Sequence record: NC_048205.1
DNA length: 64,000 bases
Reading direction: 5' to 3' (one strand)
Source of the DNA: Escherichia phage vB_Eco_mar004NP2
The notes beneath the pieces were generated by a model. That model did no database searches, had not been told where the DNA came from, and saw nothing but the letters and a program-made list of their open reading frames with translations. The translations under genes and the position numbers were made by a program. The first letter of the stretch is position 1. Every line of letters starts with the position of its first letter. Of this stretch, positions 55,970 to 64,000 are shown piece after piece.

Positions 55970-58359
55970 TGGCAATAACTACTAAGATTATTGTACAACA
56001 AATATTAAATATTGATGATACTAAAGCTACTGCTAGTAAATTTCCTAGATACACAGTAACTCTTGGAAATTCTATTAGCTCTATTACTGCTAATGAGTTA
56101 GTATCTTCTATAGAGGCTGCTGCTAAATCTGCTGCGGCTGCAAAAGATTCTGAAATAGCTGCTAAAACCTCAGAACTTAATGCTAAGAACTCTGAACAGA
56201 AAGCTGCTATTTCTGCTGGAGCTTCTGAAGCTTCTGCTACTCAGTCTGCTACCTCTGCTACTCAGTCTGCCACTTCTGCTACTAAATCCGCAGAATCAGC
56301 TGCAGCTGCAAAAACCTCTGAAACCAATGCTAAGTCTAGTGAAACAAAAGCTAAAACTAGCGAAACTAATGCAAAAGCTAGTGAAACAAAAGCTAAAACT
56401 AGCGAAACTAATGCAAAAGCTAGTGAGGATAAGGCAAAGGCTAGTGAAACCAACGCTGCTGCTTCCGCTGCTGCTGCAAAAATTAGCGAAACTAACGCTA
56501 AAATTAGTGAGACTAATGCTGCTGCGTCTGCTGCCGATTCTAAAGGTTTTAGGGATGAAGCAGAAACATTCGCTAGACAAGCTGCAACATCTGCATCCGC
56601 TGCTAAAGTATCCGAGACTAATGCAAAAGCTAGTGAGACTAAAGCCAAAGCTAGTGAGACTAAAGCCAAAGCTAGTGAGACTAACGCAGCTAGTTCCGCA
56701 ACTTCAGCTAGTCAGTCAGTAACTACTATTCAAGGCTTAAAATCAGATGTTGAGCAGCTAAAATCAGATACTCAGGCCATTAAAAACAGTGCTGTAACAG
56801 AGACAACAGCTATAAAGGCAGATGTTGCGCAGTTAAAAACAGACACACAAGGCATTAAGAATAGCGCGATAACAGAAACTACCACGCTAAAAAACCAAGC
56901 TGCTAATTCTGCAACTAGTGCTGCTAATTCTGCTACTGAAGCAGGAAAACAAGCTACTAATGCTGCTAATAGTGCTAATACTGCTAAAACTGAAGCCGAT
57001 CGTTCAAAAACTGAGGCTGATAGATCAGAAGCTGCTGCTAATTCTACCCCCGACATTCAACCTCTTCCAGATGTATGGATACCGTTTAACGATTCTCTAG
57101 ATATGATCACCGGCTTTGCGCCAGGCTATAAAAAAATAACAGTCGGTGATGAGGAAATAACACTGCCCAGTGACAAGATTGTTAGCTTTACACGTGCATC
57201 AACTGCGACATATATTAATAAATCAGGTGTATTAACTGTTGCGGGGATTGATGAACCTAGATTTGAAAAGGATGGTTTGCTCATTGAGGGGCAAAGAACT
57301 AACTATCATCTTAACTCACTTACGCCATCTAAGTGGGGAGCTACAACAAGTGTAACTATAACAGAAAGTGGTGTTGATGAGTTTGGATTTACTTATGGGC
57401 GGTTTCAAATAAAGGACGAAAAAATTGGGACAAATACGGCAATGAATATCGCTGCGATTTCAGGAGGAAGAGGTGTCGATGTTACCGGAACTGAAAAGTA
57501 TGTTACAACATCATGTCGTGTAAAAAGCGATAGTGCTAATATACAATGTCGTATAAGATTTGAAAGATATGACGGATCCGCATATTTTTATCTAGCAGAT
57601 GCATATCTTAATATAACAGATATGTCCATTAGAAAAACGGGAGTAGGGGCTGCAAGAATAACCGCCCGAGCGGAGAAAGAATCTAATGGATGGATTTATT
57701 TCGAGGTTACATATCAATCTGAAGCTATTGATAATATGGTTGGCTCTCAGATCCAAATTGCTCCACCTGTTTCACCTGGCACTTATTCTGGTGGAGAGTA
57801 CTTACAGGTAGCTACCCCTCAAGTTGAAGGCGGGGCGTGCGCTTCATCGTTTATTATTACAGAAGCGACTCCAGTAACACGGGCAAGCGATATGGTCACA
57901 TTACCAATAAAAAACAACCTTTACAATTTGCCGTTTACAGTACTTGTGGAAGCTCATAAAAACTGGAGTATAACGCCAAATGCAGCGCCACGTGTTTTTG
58001 ATACCAGCGGTCATCAAACCGGAGCGGCTATTATTCTTGCTTTCGGATCTGCCGAAGGCGATAATGATGGTTTCCCTTATTGCGATATAGGTAAATCAAA
58101 CAGAAGGGTTTACGAGAATGCAAAACTAAAAAAGATGATCATGGGAATGAGAGTAAAGAGTGATTACAATACTTGCTGTGTAAGTAATGCCAGAATATCA
58201 AGCGAAACAAAAACGGAATGGAGATACATACAATCAACGGCTACTATAAGGATTGGAGGACAAACAACTACGGGCGAACGTCATCTTTTCGGGCACGTTA
58301 GAAACTTTAGAATCTGGCATAAGGAACTAACTGATAGACAAATGAAGGAGTATGTATGA
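55969..58359 (+). CDS. L-shaped tail fibre protein A: tandem KxSETNAK repeats, C-terminal lectin-like domain
   Basis: about 300 aa of (K/A)(A/T)SETNAKASETKAK repeats; C-terminal part resembles concanavalin-type lectin fold; no C-terminal chaperone domain. Confidence 0.6.
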   Translation: MAITTKIIVQQILNIDDTKATASKFPRYTVTLGNSISSITANELVSSIEAAAKSAAAAKDSEIAAKTSELNAKNSEQKAAISAGASEASATQSATSATQSATSATKSAESAAAAKTSETNAKSSETKAKTSETNAKASETKAKTSETNAKASEDKAKASETNAAASAAAAKISETNAKISETNAAASAADSKGFRDEAETFARQAATSASAAKVSETNAKASETKAKASETKAKASETNAASSATSASQSVTTIQGLKSDVEQLKSDTQAIKNSAVTETTAIKADVAQLKTDTQGIKNSAITETTTLKNQAANSATSAANSATEAGKQATNAANSANTAKTEADRSKTEADRSEAAANSTPDIQPLPDVWIPFNDSLDMITGFAPGYKKITVGDEEITLPSDKIVSFTRASTATYINKSGVLTVAGIDEPRFEKDGLLIEGQRTNYHLNSLTPSKWGATTSVTITESGVDEFGFTYGRFQIKDEKIGTNTAMNIAAISGGRGVDVTGTEKYVTTSCRVKSDSANIQCRIRFERYDGSAYFYLADAYLNITDMSIRKTGVGAARITARAEKESNGWIYFEVTYQSEAIDNMVGSQIQIAPPVSPGTYSGGEYLQVATPQVEGGACASSFIITEATPVTRASDMVTLPIKNNLYNLPFTVLVEAHKNWSITPNAAPRVFDTSGHQTGAAIILAFGSAEGDNDGFPYCDIGKSNRRVYENAKLKKMIMGMRVKSDYNTCCVSNARISSETKTEWRYIQSTATIRIGGQTTTGERHLFGHVRNFRIWHKELTDRQMKEYV

Positions 58360-58634
58360 GAGATATAATCCTAAAATTCACGGATAAATCAGCATATAAA
58401 GATTTTCTCTTAAAAATAGAGTGGGATACTAATGAAAATTTGCAAAACCAAATAATGCTTGACGAAATTGGATATACTTATACTGAAATCTCTCCGCTAG
58501 GTGATGAGGAACCTAGATGCATCCGTAATGAAGGGTATTATATTAATGTAAGGATTCTTGATGAATCCTTTACTTACGAATCCTTCGAGCCTTTTATAGT
58601 TCAGCTAGAACAGCCTCTTAGAGTATGGGCATAA
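58356..58634 (+). CDS. small acidic protein between fibre genes (possible adaptor or chaperone), 92 aa
   Basis: ATGA overlap with upstream fibre gene. Confidence 0.4.
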   Translation: MRDIILKFTDKSAYKDFLLKIEWDTNENLQNQIMLDEIGYTYTEISPLGDEEPRCIRNEGYYINVRILDESFTYESFEPFIVQLEQPLRVWA

Positions 58635-58643
58635 GGTTTTATA

Positions 58644-60413
58644 ATGGTAACTAAAACAGTAATTCCTACGGATATTACAAAACTTAAAAATGAGTCACTT
58701 AATAAAAATAATAACCTGAGTGACTTAGCAGACCGTGCAGCAGCATGGCTAAATGTGCGTCCTATTGGATCTACCCCTCTTGCTGGAGATCCTGTTAGTG
58801 ACTATGATGCCGCAACTAAGCGTTGGGTGGAGAACAAACTTAATACTGGCACAGTAGGACCCACAATGAATGGTGTTATGAACTACGGGGTGGGGGATTT
58901 TCATCTTCGAGATAGCCGTGCGTATATTCAACCTTATGAGGTAGTTTCTGATGGGCAGCTTCTTAACAGGGCTGACTGGCCTGAACTTTGGGCGTATGCA
59001 CAAATGGTTGGAGCTATAGATGATTCAGTTTGGTTAGCAGATGTAGGACAACGTGGGAAATATTCTACGGGAGATGGTACCACTACTTTCCGCGTCCCAG
59101 ATCGTAATGGTGTGCAACTAAATTCAATCAAAGGGTTATTCGCTCGTGGTGACGGTGGGGGGGATGCTGGTCAAGCTGGTTCAATATCAGAAGCTGCAGC
59201 ACCCAATATTACTGGTAGTTTTCCTGGCGCTATTGCTGGTGCATATGAAGAAGCGCTTAATAGATATTCATCTAGATTTGGTCTTATTGGGGCGATTGGT
59301 GGTGAAAACGGCTTAGGTGCCGCTCCTGGAGGTGCATCTAAATCATTCGCCGTAGTTAATCCTGATAACCAATACGGATTTAGTTTTGATGCAAACTTAG
59401 CGGACCCTGTTTATGGGCGTTATGGAATAAAAGGTACTATTATTCCAAACAGCTTTATAGGTGTCTGGGTAATCCGTGCTTCTGGTGGGTTCGTGGCTGC
59501 AAAGACTTCGTGGAGTGTTATTAGTGGTGATGCTGTCAAACCTAATACTGGTACTACTGTTTATGGCGGGAGTGTACTATCTGAGTATAAAGTAGGTACT
59601 AGTAGTGAGGCTGTAAGTACACTACGAGCTAAAGCTACTATTGGTGGCACCTACTCTACTGAACTACTAATAGACAATAAATCTACCGGTAAATCGAATT
59701 CCGCCCAGCTTGTAGATAATGGGGATTTTGTAACGGATCGTTTTAAAGCTAGATTAGTTACTGGCATGGCGTGGTCTCAGACTGGCTGGGTACAAGGTAC
59801 TCTTTCTCAGAACGAGGTCAATATAGGTAGTACATTTAACTTTAATAGTATATTGAGCGGTTCCCAGTCTTCTTCCGCAGGGTATAAGACATCTGCACAT
59901 TTTGGATTAATTCATAATGACTTAGGCTCATTTGCAGATTCTTGTTGGCAGGTAGCGGGAGATGATGATAATAAATTTGGTGTGCGTTTAAAAATTCAGC
60001 CGAATAATAATAGTATTTATTTTTATTCTTGGTGGCCAGGTGCTTCAGCAACCTATACTTTGCAATTAAATGCTGTATCTGATTCTCGCTTAAAGCATGA
60101 TATTAAGGCTATAGACGCAACTAAGTCCATCGAGGTATTAAAAGGATTAGAATTCCAATCCTTTGTATATAATAACGATGAAAAATCTCGTGTCCGACGT
60201 GGGGTTATTGCTCAGCAAGTAGAGACTATAGAACCACTTTATGTAAAAACTAGAAAATTTTATAATGATGACGGAATAGAGCAGGAGCAAAAGGAATTAG
60301 ATACAACTCCAATGCTTCTTGACACTATGCATGTTGTGCAAGATCTTATTAAACGGATTGAAGATCTAGAGAAAGAGCTTGAGCAATTAAAGGTACAATT
60401 AGTATCACAATAA
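58644..60413 (+). CDS. L-shaped tail fibre protein B with C-terminal intramolecular chaperone (S74-like autoproteolytic) domain
   Basis: C-terminal LQLNAVSDSRLKHDIKAID...LEFQSFVYN motif typical of self-cleaving fibre chaperone domains, followed by coiled coil. Confidence 0.6.
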   Translation: MVTKTVIPTDITKLKNESLNKNNNLSDLADRAAAWLNVRPIGSTPLAGDPVSDYDAATKRWVENKLNTGTVGPTMNGVMNYGVGDFHLRDSRAYIQPYEVVSDGQLLNRADWPELWAYAQMVGAIDDSVWLADVGQRGKYSTGDGTTTFRVPDRNGVQLNSIKGLFARGDGGGDAGQAGSISEAAAPNITGSFPGAIAGAYEEALNRYSSRFGLIGAIGGENGLGAAPGGASKSFAVVNPDNQYGFSFDANLADPVYGRYGIKGTIIPNSFIGVWVIRASGGFVAAKTSWSVISGDAVKPNTGTTVYGGSVLSEYKVGTSSEAVSTLRAKATIGGTYSTELLIDNKSTGKSNSAQLVDNGDFVTDRFKARLVTGMAWSQTGWVQGTLSQNEVNIGSTFNFNSILSGSQSSSAGYKTSAHFGLIHNDLGSFADSCWQVAGDDDNKFGVRLKIQPNNNSIYFYSWWPGASATYTLQLNAVSDSRLKHDIKAIDATKSIEVLKGLEFQSFVYNNDEKSRVRRGVIAQQVETIEPLYVKTRKFYNDDGIEQEQKELDTTPMLLDTMHVVQDLIKRIEDLEKELEQLKVQLVSQ

Positions 60414-60416
60414 AAG

Positions 60417-60460
60417 AAAACCCCAGTGGACAAAATCCACTGGGGTTTATTATTTATTTT
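60417..60460. terminator. bidirectional terminator between convergent fibre and dut genes
   Basis: hairpin AAACCCCAGTGGA-CAAAA-TCCACTGGGGTTT, T-rich on + and A-rich upstream. Confidence 0.7.
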
Positions 60461-60469
60461 ATATGTAGA

Positions 60470-60916
60470 TTACTTACTTCCTGAACTTCCAAATCCTCCT
60501 TCTCCACGTACAGTCTCTTCTAACTCATCAACGATTTCAAAATTATGAGTTGAGTAATGTGGCAATACCACTAGCTGACAAAGTCTCTCGAAATTCTCCA
60601 GAGTTTGCATTTCAGAACCGTAATTATAGAGGTTCATCTTAATAGTACCACGATAGTCCGAGTCGATCACCCCTGCGGTGTTTGCAATCATCAAATAGCG
60701 CTTACCTAAAGAGCTACGAGGAACCACCAAACCGAACCAACCTCGCGGAATTTCTACCGCGACACCGGTGTCAATCATTAGGGATTTGCCTGGCGCAATA
60801 GCACGTAAATCTGCGGCAGGGTTTGTACCAAAGAATGCTCGCAGATCCATACCTGCGGCATCTTCGGAACCAATCTTAGGCATACAATCTGGATGAGTTA
60901 ATTTAATTTTAATCAT
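60470..60916 (-). CDS. dut: dUTPase
   Basis: motifs AAGMDLRA, GLVVPRSSLGKRY, DSDYRG; 148 aa. Confidence 0.8.
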   Translation of the reverse strand: MIKIKLTHPDCMPKIGSEDAAGMDLRAFFGTNPAADLRAIAPGKSLMIDTGVAVEIPRGWFGLVVPRSSLGKRYLMIANTAGVIDSDYRGTIKMNLYNYGSEMQTLENFERLCQLVVLPHYSTHNFEIVDELEETVRGEGGFGSSGSK

Positions 60917-61788
60917 TGTTCTGCAATCTCCAAAATATCTTTTGTAAACTTATCTAATACATCTTGACCTACAGCAGCAATAGCGTCCACACAGTAGGTA
61001 GGTAAATCAACTAAAATTAGGTTTCGATAAAGCAATTCTTCCGAAGCATTTAAATTCTGTATATATTTCTGTTTTCCAGGTAGTGGAAGCTGATCAATAA
61101 TATCCAGAACGTTACCAAATTCACGAATAATATTATACCCGCGTTTTGCCCCAATACCTTCAACACCACGGATATTATCCCCTAAATCACCCATAATTGC
61201 TTTCAGAGAGATAAACTGCTCTACATCGTCAACATTATGGTGCTCATACATATCACGAAGATGATATTCACGACGTGTTGTAAAAGAGAAGCGAGAAACT
61301 TTATCAGTTAATAAAGTATCCCAGTCACCATCGGTAGAAATTAGCCAAACATGATCATATAGATGCCCAATCAGCTTAACAATATAAGCTGCCATATCAT
61401 CTGCTTCTACACCACGAATAGTGAAGGTTGGGAATGTAGTTTCACATAGTTCGAAAGCATCTTTCAAATACTCGAAAAACTGCTCATCTAACGCTTTTTC
61501 CTCTTCCGTACGCTGAGAGTATTTCTCATCTCGATTCCCTTTATACTCTGGAAGATGCTCTAGGCGGAATGCAGACTTTCCTTTATCCCCTAAAACTATT
61601 GTAGTTCTAGCAGAATAAGATTTTGCTAGAGACTGAATAGTGGAAACATAACTTGAGGCAAATGGTTTTTTACTATTGTTATGTTTGAAGCGGAAGCCTA
61701 AGTTAGTTCCATCAACAATCATTAGGTTACGACGGGAAGCCATTTCAGCTTCCTCTTCTTCAATAAATTTTCCCCAGGATTTACTCAT
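60913..61788 (-). CDS. D15: flap endonuclease / 5'-3' exonuclease (T5 D15-like)
   Basis: 291 aa; N-terminal LMIVDGTNLGFRF and acidic-cluster motifs of the FEN family. Confidence 0.75.
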   Translation of the reverse strand: MSKSWGKFIEEEEAEMASRRNLMIVDGTNLGFRFKHNNSKKPFASSYVSTIQSLAKSYSARTTIVLGDKGKSAFRLEHLPEYKGNRDEKYSQRTEEEKALDEQFFEYLKDAFELCETTFPTFTIRGVEADDMAAYIVKLIGHLYDHVWLISTDGDWDTLLTDKVSRFSFTTRREYHLRDMYEHHNVDDVEQFISLKAIMGDLGDNIRGVEGIGAKRGYNIIREFGNVLDIIDQLPLPGKQKYIQNLNASEELLYRNLILVDLPTYCVDAIAAVGQDVLDKFTKDILEIAEQ

Positions 61789-62270
61789 TATTTAATTAAG
61801 TCCTCAACAGATGCATGATGTAGCCACGGTTCAAATAAACCAATTACGATTTCCATGTCTTTCTTATTTAACACCATATGGGTACGACTCATTAAGTTGT
61901 CAACCATCGGGTCTGCGCTATCCAAAGCTATTAACCACTGTCCTCTGTCTTTTTTGAATATTAATGCAGACTTGGAGTTCATCTGCTCACCTTCACGTGA
62001 GCATTGCTGCCACCACTTCTCTAGAGTGGATTCACCGACATTAAATAAATTACTTGATATATTATCATCTTTATACCACTTAACTTCGAAGCAGTATTTA
62101 CTAATGTGTCCGCTTTGTGGTGGAAGGTAGATGTCACCTTTCAGTCCGTGGCTCTGGCCAAAAGCACCAGAGCCAGGAACACGTTCCCACTCAAGACCTG
62201 TACGCTCGCGTAGAATATCTCTTACCTGATATTCACCACGTTTACCTTTCTCTCTACTATCTACAGCCAT
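61788..62270 (-). CDS. D14-like protein, 160 aa
   Basis: position between FEN and SbcC-like gene as in T5. Confidence 0.45.
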   Translation of the reverse strand: MAVDSREKGKRGEYQVRDILRERTGLEWERVPGSGAFGQSHGLKGDIYLPPQSGHISKYCFEVKWYKDDNISSNLFNVGESTLEKWWQQCSREGEQMNSKSALIFKKDRGQWLIALDSADPMVDNLMSRTHMVLNKKDMEIVIGLFEPWLHHASVEDLIK

Positions 62271-62273
62271 GTT

Positions 62274-64000
62274 TTATTCTAAGTAGGAAAATCCTTCTGC
62301 ATCTTTTTTGACAGTAATCTTATGGGCCAATGGATGCGTATGCCCATGAGAAACAATGATAGAGTTTAGACTTTCTTCCTCATTTAATAATTCAACAAGG
62401 GTGTCAAGTCCTTTCGTATCAATAAAGCTAATTACTTCATCAAGGAATAGAAGATTAATATTAACTTTACTAATAGATGTTAGTAGCATTCGAATAGCTA
62501 ACAGAGTTGCTAGGTTGATTCGACTTTGCTGACCAGTAGAGCAGTTCTCCATACTGGTACGGTTTCCATCATTGAAGATTACTACTTGTAATTTTGTTTC
62601 ATCAAGTTCAAATCCAAGTGCGAACTTACCACCAGTCATAATGGAAAGGTATTTATTAATTAGTTCTTCAAATACTTTCACACTATGCTCTAGCTTATAC
62701 CCTACCAGATTTTTCAATGCGGCGATCAGAATATCGAGATCAGCAACAGCTTCTGATACTTCATCCAGTTTGGAAGTAATCTCAGACATTTCTGCCTCAG
62801 CTTTCTCAATCTGTTCTAGTTTCGCTTTATATTTTGCATTGGCTAATTCAACATTTGCATTATGCTCTTTGGCAATTGCAACCTTAGAACGTCCATCAGC
62901 AATTTCCTGTTCTAATTGTCGTATTTGCACCTGTAGGTTTTGCACATTGAGTTCTTCAAAAGAAGCATCACTCATTGAATTTTTGAACTCGTCTCTAGCT
63001 GCTACTGCTTTATCCAAAGCATCCTTTGCTCTAATATACGTAGTGTACTCAAGTTGTTCTTTCTTCAGCTGTTCTAGCTTGGTTTCAAGAGATTGCTTCT
63101 CTTTGAACAGAGGATCATATTCTGTTCTAGCCATATCCATTGCTTTTTGAGCAGCAGTTGTATCCAGGTGAGTACCACAAGTAGGACATTCAGTATTTGA
63201 AGCCTCTTGCTTGAACTTCTGATAACGTTTCTTGACTTCGCCCGCACGTGAGGTCACAATCGTTAGGTCACGCGTAACACTCGAGATCTCTTCATTTTGG
63301 TCGGTGGGCGCAGGCAAATTTTTGAAAGGCTCGAAAGATTGTTCGGCAACTTGTACAGCTTTGTCCAAATTACGCAATTTAGTAATATTAGCCTCTTGAG
63401 ACTTGGCTAATGCCGCCTTAATTTTCGATTCTGTAAGTTCTTGTGCTAATGGTTCTTCATCAAATTCTGGTACTTCGACTGGTTCTTGTAAGGTTCCCAA
63501 GTTATTCTTTCCATTAAGGATTTTTGTAATTACAGCCATTTGGCCCTGCAAATTATTTAAGGTATTTGCTATTTCTTTACGGTCAGCCTTAATAGTTTCT
63601 GACATTTCTTTATACTGTTCTTGATTGAACAAGTTAACAAGAAAAGCCTTACGTGTTGCATCTGTTGCTTTGAGGAAGTCTAGATTGGAACCAACAGATT
63701 GATAGATTAGTTTAGTGAATGTTTGGAAGTCACCACCCATAATCTCTTCAATCATCTTGTACGTTTGAGTTGCTGTGTGTCCACTGATATCTTCTCCATT
63801 CTTAATCAGTGTAACCTTAGCAGTTGATTTAACTACTTTATGCAATTCATACTCATCTTCATCTTTCGAGAAGTAAGCATGCATATCATACTCTTTCTTC
63901 GGAGAACCCCAAGAGAATAGGGCGTCCTTCTTGATACCACGTGAGTTCTTGTTATAAAACAATTCCTCAATAACAGTAGCAATAGTGGACTTCCCTAGAC
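62274..64000 (-). CDS. SbcC/Rad50-like ATPase (D13-like), 5' end beyond window
   Basis: long coiled coil, C-terminal signature/Walker B region (LLFLDEVISFID); the reading frame continues upstream past the window end. Confidence 0.6.
   Translation of the reverse strand, partial: LGKSTIATVIEELFYNKNSRGIKKDALFSWGSPKKEYDMHAYFSKDEDEYELHKVVKSTAKVTLIKNGEDISGHTATQTYKMIEEIMGGDFQTFTKLIYQSVGSNLDFLKATDATRKAFLVNLFNQEQYKEMSETIKADRKEIANTLNNLQGQMAVITKILNGKNNLGTLQEPVEVPEFDEEPLAQELTESKIKAALAKSQEANITKLRNLDKAVQVAEQSFEPFKNLPAPTDQNEEISSVTRDLTIVTSRAGEVKKRYQKFKQEASNTECPTCGTHLDTTAAQKAMDMARTEYDPLFKEKQSLETKLEQLKKEQLEYTTYIRAKDALDKAVAARDEFKNSMSDASFEELNVQNLQVQIRQLEQEIADGRSKVAIAKEHNANVELANAKYKAKLEQIEKAEAEMSEITSKLDEVSEAVADLDILIAALKNLVGYKLEHSVKVFEELINKYLSIMTGGKFALGFELDETKLQVVIFNDGNRTSMENCSTGQQSRINLATLLAIRMLLTSISKVNINLLFLDEVISFIDTKGLDTLVELLNEEESLNSIIVSHGHTHPLAHKITVKKDAEGFSYLE

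Noticed and set aside
56180-57100. Alternative-frame and antisense ORFs inside the fibre repeat region (56180..56722, 56262..56669, 56296..56580, 56772..57056, 56918..57100)
   Set aside because: Generated by the nucleotide repeat periodicity; products are Leu/Lys or Ala/Ser low-complexity strings, no RBS, nested entirely in a strongly supported structural gene.
1-64000. Temperate-phage or prophage features (integrase, att sites, CI/Cro switch)
   Set aside because: None found; gene content (tRNA block, pre-early island, dUTPase/FEN/SbcC-like module, no integrase) fits an obligately lytic T5-type phage.

Overview
The window reads as part of a T5-like virulent coliphage genome (Tequintavirus-type), oriented with late genes on the + strand. 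No search or folding tool was run, so product names rest on motifs, protein sizes and T5-like gene order. Layout: (1) 1-3050, a tRNA block with at least 11 tRNA genes and small ORFs; (2) 3050-20630, about 45 small early genes on +, driven by at least 8 sigma70 promoters that share an invariant leader (TATAAT-N7-TAAATTRATGAGAGG, as in T5 PN25-type promoters), including GrcA-like, HNH endonuclease, dNMP kinase, ClpP-like, holin and endolysin, and two phosphatases; (3) 20640-31400, a higher-GC island with host-like codon usage that I interpret as the collapsed terminal repeat / first-step-transfer region, holding dmp-, A1- and A2-like genes on +; (4) 31400-60413, llp-like lipoprotein, receptor-binding protein, terminase, two endonuclease genes (one frameshifted), portal, capsid, tail and a split L-shaped tail fibre; (5) 60470-64000, dUTPase, flap endonuclease, D14-like and a partial SbcC-like gene on -. 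The most unusual part is inside region 3: an 8-copy direct-repeat array, palindromic operator-like sites, and a 7-gene antisense cassette with its own promoter, flanked by ~110-bp inverted repeats that each carry DnaA boxes and a near-consensus LexA box. This is my best candidate for an uncharacterised host-takeover or injection-control module; none of the seven proteins has a motif I recognise.
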